Positions 27,576 to 36,280 of a stretch of 64,000 nucleotides of DNA are shown piece by piece. The position numbers and the translations under genes are program-made. Location of the stretch: the NCBI GenBank assembly GCA_045654585.1, contig JAZONS010000005.1, positions 42,399-106,398 on the forward strand, read 5' to 3'. Below the pieces are notes generated by a model. The model was not told the origin of the DNA. It did not search any database and worked only from the letters and a program-made list of their open reading frames with translations. Origin of the DNA: Eubacteriales bacterium. Lineage in GTDB: Bacteria; Bacillota; Clostridia; Oscillospirales; CAG-272. Positions within the stretch are counted from its first letter, which is position 1. The number at the start of each line of letters is the position of its first letter.

Positions 27576-28943
27576 ATGAAAAAAAGCTTATCACGAAACT
27601 TTACCGAGGGCAATATATGGCGGCAGCTTATTTTATTCGCGCTGCCGTTCATGGCGTCGAATGCCCTGCAGGTATTTTACAGCACTATAGATATGATAAT
27701 AGTGGGCAATTTCGTTGGCACGCCGGGACTCTCCGCGGTATCTCAGAGCAGTCAGATAGTCAACTTTGCCACGATGCTTTGTTTTGGATTTTCGAATGCG
27801 GGGCAGGTGCTTGTCGCGCAGGCGTTCGGAGCTAAAAAGCATAGGGAAGTGAATGAGATAATCGGAACGCTTACCGTATTCGTTCTCTCGTTCTCACTCG
27901 TAGTATCCGCAATCATACTCTCGTTTAACAGTCAGATACTCGATGCGATAAATATCCCCGACGAGTCACGCGATATGGCGATAGAGTATCTTATAATCTG
28001 CACGTCGGGACTTATATTCACCGCAGGCTATAACCTCGTATCGGCGGTGCTCCGAGGCATGGGAGATGCTCGCAGCCCTCTTCTTTTTATAGGTATAGCA
28101 TCGGTATTAAACCTCATTCTCGACCTTCTATTCACAGGAATTTTCGGCTGGGGAGTTGTCGGTGCGGCGTGGGCAACCATTATAGGCCAGGCGGTGTCCT
28201 TTATCTTCTCTCTCTTCTACTTGTATAAGAAGAGAGAATTCTTCGGATTCGAGTTTAATCGCGAGATATTTATCCCGAAGAGAAAATACGTCGGTATGAT
28301 AGCGAGCCTCGGCACGCCAATGGCTATTCAGTCGGGCTTTATAAATATTTCAATGCTCTTCGTCAACGCGATGATAAACGATGTCGGCGTAGTTGAGTCC
28401 GCAACCTTCGGTGTAGGCGTACGTATTGACGATATCGTCAATAAGATTTCAATGGGTATCCAGTATGCGGCAGTACCTATGATAAGTCAGAATATGGGAG
28501 CGGGGAACCGCGAGCGCGCAAAGCAGGTAGTTCATCTCACGTGGGTGTATTCCATAGGCTTGACTGCGATATTTATGCTCCTTTACGTTGGCTTTGGACG
28601 CGAACTCTTTATGCTCTTCTCGGACGATCTTCTCGTGCACGAAAAATCCTCGGAATTTATCCGCGCTATCCTATGGATGTTTCCCGCATTTGCGCTTATG
28701 CGCGGCACGGGTGCGTTTATCCAGGGAGTCGGAAACGCAAAGCTCGGTATGGTGCTGGCGATACTCGACGGTGTTGCGCTCCGTATAGGACTCAGCTATC
28801 TTTTCGGCATAGTTATGGGGCACGGCTTCTATGGCTTCGTTCTCGGCTACGGCCTTGCGCCGTACGGCTATGCTATCCCGAGCCTTATCTACTTCCTCTC
28901 GGGAGTATGGAAAAAGAAAAAAGCGCTTGCGGAAAGGCTGTAA
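27576..28943 (+). CDS. MATE family efflux transporter
   Basis: ORF track, 455 aa, 12 TM segments, MATE N-terminal pattern. Confidence 0.85.
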   Translation: MKKSLSRNFTEGNIWRQLILFALPFMASNALQVFYSTIDMIIVGNFVGTPGLSAVSQSSQIVNFATMLCFGFSNAGQVLVAQAFGAKKHREVNEIIGTLTVFVLSFSLVVSAIILSFNSQILDAINIPDESRDMAIEYLIICTSGLIFTAGYNLVSAVLRGMGDARSPLLFIGIASVLNLILDLLFTGIFGWGVVGAAWATIIGQAVSFIFSLFYLYKKREFFGFEFNREIFIPKRKYVGMIASLGTPMAIQSGFINISMLFVNAMINDVGVVESATFGVGVRIDDIVNKISMGIQYAAVPMISQNMGAGNRERAKQVVHLTWVYSIGLTAIFMLLYVGFGRELFMLFSDDLLVHEKSSEFIRAILWMFPAFALMRGTGAFIQGVGNAKLGMVLAILDGVALRIGLSYLFGIVMGHGFYGFVLGYGLAPYGYAIPSLIYFLSGVWKKKKALAERL

Positions 28944-29038
28944 AAATCAGCACAATCTTGTTGCTTGCGTTAAGATGTTTGAAAAATATACTGTTATCGA
29001 ATAACAGAATTCATCAGATTGTATTAAATAAAAGAAGG

Positions 29039-29078
29039 TTGCCTCAAATAAAAGCGCATTTGAGGCAGCTGTTTTTAT
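29039..29078. terminator. Bidirectional terminator between convergent MATE and araB genes
   Basis: TTGCCTCAAAT (29039-29049) pairs with ATTTGAGGCAG (29058-29068), followed by CTGTTTTTA. Confidence 0.5.
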
Positions 29079-29089
29079 TATATGAATGA

Positions 29090-30730
29090 TTATTTATCCA
29101 TAAGCCTTTTCATAACGTCGTTTCCGCCTTTTGCAAAGTAATTTTGCAAAATAACGTACTCGTTGTAAAGCTTTGTATACTTTTTGTGGTTTTCAGGGAT
29201 AGGATTGTAGGTTTTATGAATAGGCATAGCGAATGCTTTTGCCGCGGACCTTACGTCAGGATAAACCCCTGAAGCAACCGCTGCAAGAGCCGCAGAGCCG
29301 TGCGCTGCCGCCTGTGTCGATGAGGATACCTCAACGGCTTTGCCTGATACGTCGGCGATTATTTGCATAAACAGCTCGTCCTTTAGAGCTATTCCACCCG
29401 ATGCGATAATGCGACGGACGGGTATATCGTTTTCCTCAAGGTTTTCGATTATTGAACGAGTTCCGTATGCGGATGCCTCGAGCCACGCGCGATACATTTC
29501 CTCGGGACGTGTTCCGAGGTTCATACCGAGCATCACGGAGGATAGCTTCGGATCGGCAAGAGGACTTCTGTTTCCGTTATGCCAGTCGAGAGCAACAAGA
29601 CCGCTCTCTCCGATATCAAGCGCCTTTGCACGCTCGCGCAAAAGCTTGTGTATACTGATGCCGAGATCTGCCGCCTCTCGCTCGTAGGATGCGGGAACAC
29701 AGTTTTTCACAAACCAGTTAAAAATATCTCCGACCGCCGCCTGACCTGATTCATAGGTATACATACCGGGAAGATATGCGTTTTTAACGCAGCCGAGGCA
29801 ACCCTCAAATCCATTCTTATTTGGGGAATTTATGACCTGAATTCCGGACGTACCGACTATCAGCAGAAGCTCGCCTTCATCGGAAAGACCAACGGCAGGC
29901 AATGCCGCGTGAGCATCTATAAACGCAGAGGCAACCGCAGTGCCCTCGTTAAGACCGAGAAGCTCAGCGCCGCGCTTCGTTACGTATCCCGCGCACTCTG
30001 CGGTATTTATGATTTTTTCCGATATCTTAGTTCCCACGATGCCGGAGAGCTTTGGGGAAATTGCCGTCATAAATTCATCGGAGGGGTATCCGCTCTCCTC
30101 GTTCCAAAGACTTTTGAAGCCTGCAAAGGCAACACCGTGACTCTCGTTTTCGGTTATAAGCCAGGTGAGCCAGTCACCCGCCTCGACAAAGCGGTAGGTC
30201 GCGTCGTAAACCTCCGGCGCGTGCCTTAATGTTTCGTAGATCTTCGGGAGCATCCATTCGGGAGAAACGTATCCACCGTAAGTTTTTAGCCAGCTCTCAC
30301 CTCTATCCTTTGCGAGCTTGTTTATAATGGCAGCCTCTTCGGTTGCGCCGTAGTGCTTCCAGAGCTTGCAGTATGCGTGGGGCTCGTCGCGGAATTTTTT
30401 CGTGTGGCATAGGGGAGTTAAATTCTCATCCACGGCAAGTACGGTGCAGGTGGTAAAATCTATGCCCATACCTACGATATCCGACTTTGATACTCCCGAT
30501 GCGGCAAGAGCCTCTTTAATGGCGGCTTTTGCCGAGATAATATAATCCTCCGGATATTGAAGCGCAAATCTCGGCGGAAGCTTAACTCCCGAGGGAAGAG
30601 CGGTATCCATTACCCCGTGCGGATAATCGAACGAAGCCTCGCCTATATCGTTACCGTGCTCGTCAGCGATAACGCACCTTACGGAAAGCGTTCCGAAGTC
30701 AAGACCAAGAGTGTATCTTTTTTTATCCAT
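29090..30730 (-). CDS. araB: Ribulokinase (FGGY family)
   Basis: ORF track, 546 aa. LGLDFGT, YGGYVSPEWMLPK, GESGLVALDWHNGNRS and a C-terminal KTYNPIPEN...VMKRL tail, as in Bacillus AraB. Confidence 0.85.
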   Translation of the reverse strand: MDKKRYTLGLDFGTLSVRCVIADEHGNDIGEASFDYPHGVMDTALPSGVKLPPRFALQYPEDYIISAKAAIKEALAASGVSKSDIVGMGIDFTTCTVLAVDENLTPLCHTKKFRDEPHAYCKLWKHYGATEEAAIINKLAKDRGESWLKTYGGYVSPEWMLPKIYETLRHAPEVYDATYRFVEAGDWLTWLITENESHGVAFAGFKSLWNEESGYPSDEFMTAISPKLSGIVGTKISEKIINTAECAGYVTKRGAELLGLNEGTAVASAFIDAHAALPAVGLSDEGELLLIVGTSGIQVINSPNKNGFEGCLGCVKNAYLPGMYTYESGQAAVGDIFNWFVKNCVPASYEREAADLGISIHKLLRERAKALDIGESGLVALDWHNGNRSPLADPKLSSVMLGMNLGTRPEEMYRAWLEASAYGTRSIIENLEENDIPVRRIIASGGIALKDELFMQIIADVSGKAVEVSSSTQAAAHGSAALAAVASGVYPDVRSAAKAFAMPIHKTYNPIPENHKKYTKLYNEYVILQNYFAKGGNDVMKRLMDK

Positions 30731-30749
30731 AGTATATCTCCAATACCTC

Positions 30750-32300
30750 TTATTGAGCAGCTTCGCCGTTTTCTATTATATAAACCTTTGCGCTCTTGTC
30801 GCGGAAAACGTTACGTATCTTATCCTCTGCCGAACTGTCGAATATTTCAACGTCGGGCTCGCCGTTCTCGTTGCCGCCCCACTGACCTATCATACCACCC
30901 GTGTGCTGAATATAGGTGTTGCCCTCAAGAGTCGGGCAGTACTTTTCCTTCTTTGCGACGAGATGGAGCATTCTGTATGCCGAGCGGTCGAAAATATTAT
31001 TGCTGATGATCTGATTTCTTGCTCTGTTATAAAAGCTCCAGCCCTTGATGAGCGCGGGGGTGTGCTTGTTGTGTCTTTGCTGTCCCCAGCCCTCTCCGCC
31101 GTGGCGGATGATATTACCCGAGATCTCAACGTTTTCCATAAAGCTCTCGGTGTCACCGCAGTTCATATCGAGAAAATATTCTATTCCGTAAACGCAGTAT
31201 TCAATAAGATTGTTACGGTAGAGAATATTCTTCATCTCGTAGTGCTTGCCGTTCGTGGTTATCTGATGCGTGATGCCGCAGTCGTATATCTCGTAGATAT
31301 AGCAGTTTTCGACCGTATAATCCTCGCAGCCGCCGTATATTTCAACGCCGTTTCCAAGTCTTGCAATAGTGCCCCTGCCGCCCTCGGGATAGTTTGGATC
31401 ATTTCCGAAATAATTGTGAATAACTCCGCCTATCCAGCCTATTTCGCAGTTCGTTACGCGAAGTCCCTTTATGTGCTTGCAGGCGCCGCCCTTGATAGCG
31501 TGCCAGCCGATATATTTGAAACATAGGTTATCAACTCTAACGTAATTCTTATCGCCGAAGTTGAGTCCGATACGCCTTGCAAGCGCTTCAATGCTGTAAA
31601 AGACCTCGCCGGGATTACCGCTGTCGCAGCGGAGATAAAGGTCGCCGAGGACCTCGCCGTTATCCAGCGTTGGAACGGGGAAGTCGTCTACCACGACTCC
31701 TTCTCTCGTCGTCGGGTACTTTGAAAGTCTGTTCATATCAATACAGTGAGGGAAGCAGTCGAGGTCCCCCGTCAGCTGCTCGGACACGATAAACTCACGG
31801 CTCTCGTCGTCACGGCAAACGAGCCGCCCGTACTTGTAGGTGGGAATATGGCGCAGTGAATGGCGCTCACCCTCGTTGAAAACGAGCGTACCGCAGTCGA
31901 TTATTTTCTCACGCAGCCGCCAGATATTATGCTCCGCATCGTATAGCTCCCAGAGCTCGGGATCTGCGAGATTTTTATCCCAGGAGCGTATCTCGGGCTT
32001 TGCTCCCTCGCCAAAGGCGCAGTAGGTAACGCCTTCTTTCGCGGTGATCGAGCCACGGAATATATCGCCCCTTCTGAATCTTACGCAGTCACCGAAAGAT
32101 AAATCAGCCGAGGAAACCTTTAATAAGCTCTTCCAAGCGCTCTCGGGAGTAAGTCCGTCGTTTCCGTCATCTCCGGAATTGCTTACGTAATATGTAACTC
32201 CCGTAGTAACTATATCATCTTTTGTGTTTCTTATTTGGCTCTTTCTCTCGTCGGAAAGAGCATCTATTTTGTCGAGAAAATACTTTGTTGCAATTTTCAT
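30750..32300 (-). CDS. Right-handed parallel beta-helix repeat protein (pectate-lyase fold), no signal peptide
   Basis: ORF track, 516 aa. YYVSNSGDDGNDGLTPESAWKSL start and repeated N..I....G.. turns. Confidence 0.55.
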   Translation of the reverse strand: MKIATKYFLDKIDALSDERKSQIRNTKDDIVTTGVTYYVSNSGDDGNDGLTPESAWKSLLKVSSADLSFGDCVRFRRGDIFRGSITAKEGVTYCAFGEGAKPEIRSWDKNLADPELWELYDAEHNIWRLREKIIDCGTLVFNEGERHSLRHIPTYKYGRLVCRDDESREFIVSEQLTGDLDCFPHCIDMNRLSKYPTTREGVVVDDFPVPTLDNGEVLGDLYLRCDSGNPGEVFYSIEALARRIGLNFGDKNYVRVDNLCFKYIGWHAIKGGACKHIKGLRVTNCEIGWIGGVIHNYFGNDPNYPEGGRGTIARLGNGVEIYGGCEDYTVENCYIYEIYDCGITHQITTNGKHYEMKNILYRNNLIEYCVYGIEYFLDMNCGDTESFMENVEISGNIIRHGGEGWGQQRHNKHTPALIKGWSFYNRARNQIISNNIFDRSAYRMLHLVAKKEKYCPTLEGNTYIQHTGGMIGQWGGNENGEPDVEIFDSSAEDKIRNVFRDKSAKVYIIENGEAAQ

Positions 32301-32546
32301 ATAAACCTCACTTAGTTAAACAAATTTTAAATCAATATCAGACGTTTTCATCACCGAGAGTGTTTTTGCCTTGTGCTTGAACAAAGCGCTTGATCTTCGG
32401 GTGAAAGCACATAAATATCATAAGAGGAAGGGACAAGGCGCTTCCGATTGTAAAGACAATATACAATGGAAATACTTCTCCGAGGAAGCCGTAAACGACA
32501 GCGGAAAGAGCCGAGCCGCAAAAACGGCTCGCTGAATTTTTAATAA

Positions 32547-32840
32547 TTATTCTTCGGGAACATAGTTGTAGTGTATATTAACAACTTGTTCCCATTCTTC
32601 CTCGCCGCCTGCGTAATAAACGTCGTTAAGCGAAGAACAAACAGAGAACGCATAATCGCTTATTCTAGTGTTTGTATTGGAAAGGATAATCTTTTTCAAA
32701 GCTTCGCCATTGCCAAAATATCCGATTTCTGTTACGGGAGATCCTTGGTATATTTCAGGAATTTGAATTTCTGAAAAGTATTTTGCTTTACCTATTGCAA
32801 TATAATAAGTTCCATCCGGTTTAAGATAAAACTCAATGCC
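32547..32840 (-). pseudogene. BspA-type LRR module (97 codons) in frame with the upstream VWA gene, after a single TAG
   Basis: Own translation: GIEFYLKPDGTYYIAIGKAKYFSEIQIPEIYQGSPVTEIGYFGNGEALKKIILSNTNTRISDYAFSVCSSLNDVYYAGGEEEWEQVVNIHYNYVPEE, ending at TAA 32547-32549. It has no start codon of its own. Architecture matches the C-terminus of the 12841..16605 protein. Confidence 0.6.
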
Positions 32841-34685
32841 CTAAGGTTTTTCATCTGTATATGACGAGTTGTTTTCACCTGTTTCAAATCGGTTGCAGGC
32901 TATTGAGCGAACGATATTGTTGATAATTTTTTGTCCGCAATCCGATGATAAAAATTCATCAGACCATGTTCCGTTAAGATCGCACATAAAACTGCCAACA
33001 GTACCTAATCCGTAATTCCACTGAGCGTAAATTGGAACGAATTCACCGTTTAAAACGGCAGTTGCATCTTCCTTTAACTTTGAACCGTAGAAACCGTTCA
33101 GCGGAGGAATATCTGATACATTGATATTTTCCAGCACGCTAGTGTAGGTTGCAACCGAAGGGGTAAAGGGTTCATAGTTAACTTCCTTGATTGAGGGGTG
33201 ACATAGATCTTCACGCATAATAGTTGGTGTATTGTGTACGTCAGAAACATATAGGTTTGTTGATGGCATATTTGCATACTCTATAAGAGCGCGTGCTAAA
33301 TCGCTTTTGGTAGTATCAAAATATGGGTCAATACAAACTATGGACATTGTGATGCCGAGTTCGGAATTTTTCTTCATAGCCGCGCCATATGTTTCGATAC
33401 TATCCACCGGTTCACCGTCGGTGACGAGAATTATGTGACGTTTTTCAACCTTGTCACAAGAAGTTAGAGCTTCGCCGGCATCTGTAAGTGCTTCAGCGAA
33501 CAAGGTGGAACCACCAAGAATACCATCTATTGCATCTTGCTCTATTTCATCAATGGCACAAAGGATTTTTTCTCTTTCAACCCGAGGCGTAATATCCAGA
33601 TAATACTCCGACGTTTCAGCAAATCCCATTATGCCAACGTAATCCCTCTCGGTAAGAGCATCAATACAAGCCTCAGCGCCGGATAATGCCGAAGAGAGTC
33701 TGTTAAACTGGCTATAATTATAATCGCTTACCATTGAGCCGGATGTATCTATAAGAATCATAACCGCTGTTGGTGGTGTGTAGTTGATAATTTGGACAGG
33801 AAGCATATCTTGGTATATTGTTCCATACATATCAGTACGTGTATAAGCGTGGGCTGTCCATTTTCCCGAGTCATCTAATTCTTGCCCACATACGGTAAGC
33901 ATACCTCCTTTAAAATCGTAAACGTATGATTGCAGAACCTCATCTAACCCATCCGGCATGTCGTTATTTGCTACGTTAAATAAAACAACCATACCGTATT
34001 CGATCATACTTTCTGCAGTATTTGGTAAACGAGTTGTATCTTCTATGTGAACAACATCGGATTGAAAAATCGGATCAAGCACTTGAACAAATCTTTCGGA
34101 TTCGTTTTTTACACTTTCAATTATGAGGAGCTTGGTGGAGTCAAGTGGAACGCGGTCATTGTCCACCGAGGCTTTGTAATCTGTTCTTATTCCATTAACT
34201 ACAATATAACCGTTACTATCTATGGTTATTTCGTCCTCTTTATCAGCAATGATTTCGGTAGTAACACCGTTTACTACTACGTACCCGTCTGCATTTACCA
34301 AGATTTCGTCGGTTGTATGTATTTTATGTTCGGTTTTTGTTCCGTTGACAACGACAAAGCCGTCACCGTCAACAGTAATAACGTCATCCTTATCCGCGAC
34401 AATTTCTGTAACAACTCCATTTACAACAACGTATCCGTCAGCATTTACCGAGATTTCGTCCGTGGTATGAATTTTATGCTCGGTTTTTGTTCCGTTGACT
34501 ACTACATAACCATCACCGTCAACAGTAATAACGTCATCTTTGTCTGCAAGGATTTCAGTAGTAACGCCGTTTACAACAATATATCCGTCGTCGTTCACAG
34601 TAACCGTTAGCTCATTATCTTTACAGGACGCAAGCGTGCAAACAAGCGCAAGCATTAAAGCAATAATACATAAAAGTCTTTTCAT
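32841..34685 (-). CDS. VWA-domain lipoprotein with N-terminal 50-aa tandem repeats
   Basis: ORF track 32841..34712. Start moved to MKRLLCIIALMLALVCTLASC (lipobox; GGAG upstream). Three DGYVVVNG repeats. MIDAS motif VMILIDTSGSM and ILVTDGEP. Ends at TAG. Confidence 0.75.
   Translation of the reverse strand: MKRLLCIIALMLALVCTLASCKDNELTVTVNDDGYIVVNGVTTEILADKDDVITVDGDGYVVVNGTKTEHKIHTTDEISVNADGYVVVNGVVTEIVADKDDVITVDGDGFVVVNGTKTEHKIHTTDEILVNADGYVVVNGVTTEIIADKEDEITIDSNGYIVVNGIRTDYKASVDNDRVPLDSTKLLIIESVKNESERFVQVLDPIFQSDVVHIEDTTRLPNTAESMIEYGMVVLFNVANNDMPDGLDEVLQSYVYDFKGGMLTVCGQELDDSGKWTAHAYTRTDMYGTIYQDMLPVQIINYTPPTAVMILIDTSGSMVSDYNYSQFNRLSSALSGAEACIDALTERDYVGIMGFAETSEYYLDITPRVEREKILCAIDEIEQDAIDGILGGSTLFAEALTDAGEALTSCDKVEKRHIILVTDGEPVDSIETYGAAMKKNSELGITMSIVCIDPYFDTTKSDLARALIEYANMPSTNLYVSDVHNTPTIMREDLCHPSIKEVNYEPFTPSVATYTSVLENINVSDIPPLNGFYGSKLKEDATAVLNGEFVPIYAQWNYGLGTVGSFMCDLNGTWSDEFLSSDCGQKIINNIVRSIACNRFETGENNSSYTDEKP
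34150..34600 (-). repeat. Intragenic tandem repeat, 3 x ~150 bp
   Basis: Protein units VN(D/A)DGY(I/V)VVNGV.TEI.ADK(D/E)D.IT(V/I)D..G(Y/F).VVNG(T/I).T(E/D). occur three times. The 150-nt DNA period is visible at 34266, 34416 and 34566. Confidence 0.8.
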
Positions 34686-34724
34686 TTTTATTCTCCTTTT
34701 GCGTGGATTCAACTCTAAAAATAT

Positions 34725-35378
34725 TTATTTTGCTATAAAATACTTTGCGATCTCTTCTGCAACAAGCTCGTGACCAGCCTGCGTCGGATGGTTTGTGTGA
34801 GAGAGATATTTTGGCAGATCGTTCTCGTCGAGAATATGGCGTTCATACGCTTTGAAGCTATCCGCCAATCCGACCTCGTATTTGTTCGAGAGATCTCTTA
34901 CTTGCTCGGCGTGCATCTTAAGGAGTTCCCACTGCTCGTTCTTTTTGTAATAGCTGTTATCCCAAGTCGGGGTGCAGAGAATTACCTTTATATTTCTCTG
35001 AAGCGCTTGGCAGATCATCTTCTCCCAAGCTTCTCGTGCCGCTTTTAAGCCGATCCCTCGATCATTTAGCGAGTAGTCGATGGAGATAACGTCGGGGCGG
35101 TGTGTCAGTACGTCGACTTCAAAGCGTTCAGCGCCACTGACCGAATGTTCGCCGCCAATCGAGGTTACGATGACGTTGGTTACCGCATAGGGAAATCTCT
35201 CCTTGATCATTTTATGAAGAAGGTGAGGATACGCGGCAAAGGTGTTTACAAAGGGGGTTGCAAAGTAACCTGAGGGAACACTGTGTCCGTGGCAGACGAT
35301 ATTGATAGTTCTGTTATCGGGCCAGCGAAGTGCCAGCTCATCGAGTACCGGTGATAAATATTCGGTCAATTTAACCAT
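34725..35378 (-). CDS. SGNH/GDSL-type hydrolase
   Basis: ORF track, 217 aa. Blocks CHGHSV, IDYSLND and HPTQAGH. Confidence 0.6.
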   Translation of the reverse strand: MVKLTEYLSPVLDELALRWPDNRTINIVCHGHSVPSGYFATPFVNTFAAYPHLLHKMIKERFPYAVTNVIVTSIGGEHSVSGAERFEVDVLTHRPDVISIDYSLNDRGIGLKAAREAWEKMICQALQRNIKVILCTPTWDNSYYKKNEQWELLKMHAEQVRDLSNKYEVGLADSFKAYERHILDENDLPKYLSHTNHPTQAGHELVAEEIAKYFIAK

Positions 35379-35429
35379 TGTGAAATTCTCCTTCTGGAAA
35401 ATGATATAATGTTCTTGGTAAAATAGAAT

Positions 35430-35819
35430 CTATTTTATTCTCATAAAATAAGGACCGCATAAGTCGTTTTCGTGAGTTTTAATATACGTCCACGAATAAT
35501 CTTTTGCTACAACGTAAAGCTCTGTCATTTTTGAATCAATTTCTTTTGAAGAGCTGTACTCGGAGATCATTTTATCGGTTACACCGTTCTGACCGTACAT
35601 ATCACAAAAAATGCAATCGTATTTATCAGCGGTGTCGTATTCCGCCCGCGCGGCATCTCCTACGAGGAATGATCCGTTTTCCAATAACTCGTATGAAAAA
35701 ATATGCCAAATAAAATCGTTAACAAAACAATTTTCAATATCCTTATTATCGATATTTCGAGCAAAATGACGCAACCATTGATTGATAAATTTTTGCTTTG
35801 AAATAATGGCTTTGGGCAT
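35430..35819 (-). CDS. Small cytoplasmic protein, DUF4275-like
   Basis: ORF track, 129 aa. FIWHIFSYE ... WTYIKTHE...CGPYF pattern. Family name is from memory. Confidence 0.4.
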   Translation of the reverse strand: MPKAIISKQKFINQWLRHFARNIDNKDIENCFVNDFIWHIFSYELLENGSFLVGDAARAEYDTADKYDCIFCDMYGQNGVTDKMISEYSSSKEIDSKMTELYVVAKDYSWTYIKTHENDLCGPYFMRIK

Positions 35820-35892
35820 ATTTCCACCGCCTTTCCGATCTTATTATAGCATACTTTTTTTGGGTGGTCAATATCTTTGGGAGAGTTCATTT

Positions 35893-35959
35893 GTGCACCG
35901 AGTTCAAATCGGATGGCATCTCCAAAGAAAAGAAAAACGGAATCCCAATGGGATACGTT
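35893..35959 (+). repeat. Direct repeat A: tRNA-Cys-3'-end-like segment + hairpin
   Basis: AGTTCAAATCGGATGGCA (35901-35918), CCAAAGAAAAGAAAAACGG (35922-35940) and ATCCCAATGGGATAC (35942-35956) are all repeated at 38866-38919. Confidence 0.85.
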
Positions 35960-36124
35960 AAATACGGTTTATAAGGGGTGATAAAATGAATAAATTTTAT
36001 ATTCAATCCGAAGCAAGAAAACTTCTCGAAGCCTTCGAAAACGAATTTCAAGAAGCAACCACGGACAACAAAGTAAAGAAACGGCGCAGACACACCCCAC
36101 GATGAAGCAAGGTGTAGTTCGCGC

Positions 36125-36215
36125 CGTACCTTTATGTAGATATTCTGCGTTCTTGTTTTATGATAAGTGAACTTTTGTGAAAGAGAGTCTGAAAAAGCGA
36201 AGCCAAGTAAAAAGC
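36125..36215 (+). repeat. Copy of the modular intergenic repeat family
   Basis: GTGAACTTTTGTGAAAG (36167-36183) matches 57975-57991 at 16/17 positions. ATTCTGCGTTCTT and AGCGAAG (36196-36202) blocks are collinear with it. Confidence 0.55.
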
Positions 36216-36280
36216 GAGCCGCAAAAACGGCTCGCTGATTTAGCCATACCGATATTTCGGTCTACGGTTTGGTGTATGTA

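Noticed and set aside
32340-32500. Membrane-protein-like C-terminal reading frame (...SAVVYGFLGEVFPLYIVFTIGSALSLPLMIFMCFHPKIKRFVQAQGKNTLGDENV) on the minus strand.
   Set aside because: It has no start codon until the last 23 codons, and it begins inside the terminator hairpin at 32513-32535. Likely a gene remnant, but too short to call.
32841-32843. TAG decoded as pyrrolysine or general stop-codon reassignment.
   Set aside because: No pyl genes or suppressor tRNA are in the window. No other gene here shows an in-frame TAG. A nonsense mutation or leaky read-through is the more economical explanation. A genome-wide check would be needed to exclude reassignment.
35986-36105. 39-codon ORF MNKFYIQSEARKLLEAFENEFQEATTDNKVKKRRRHTPR, with AAGGGG upstream, just inside repeat A.
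   Set aside because: It is plausible as a small gene or as the N-terminal stub of a lost mobile-element gene. It is too short and has no recognisable motif, so it is mentioned only as cassette content.
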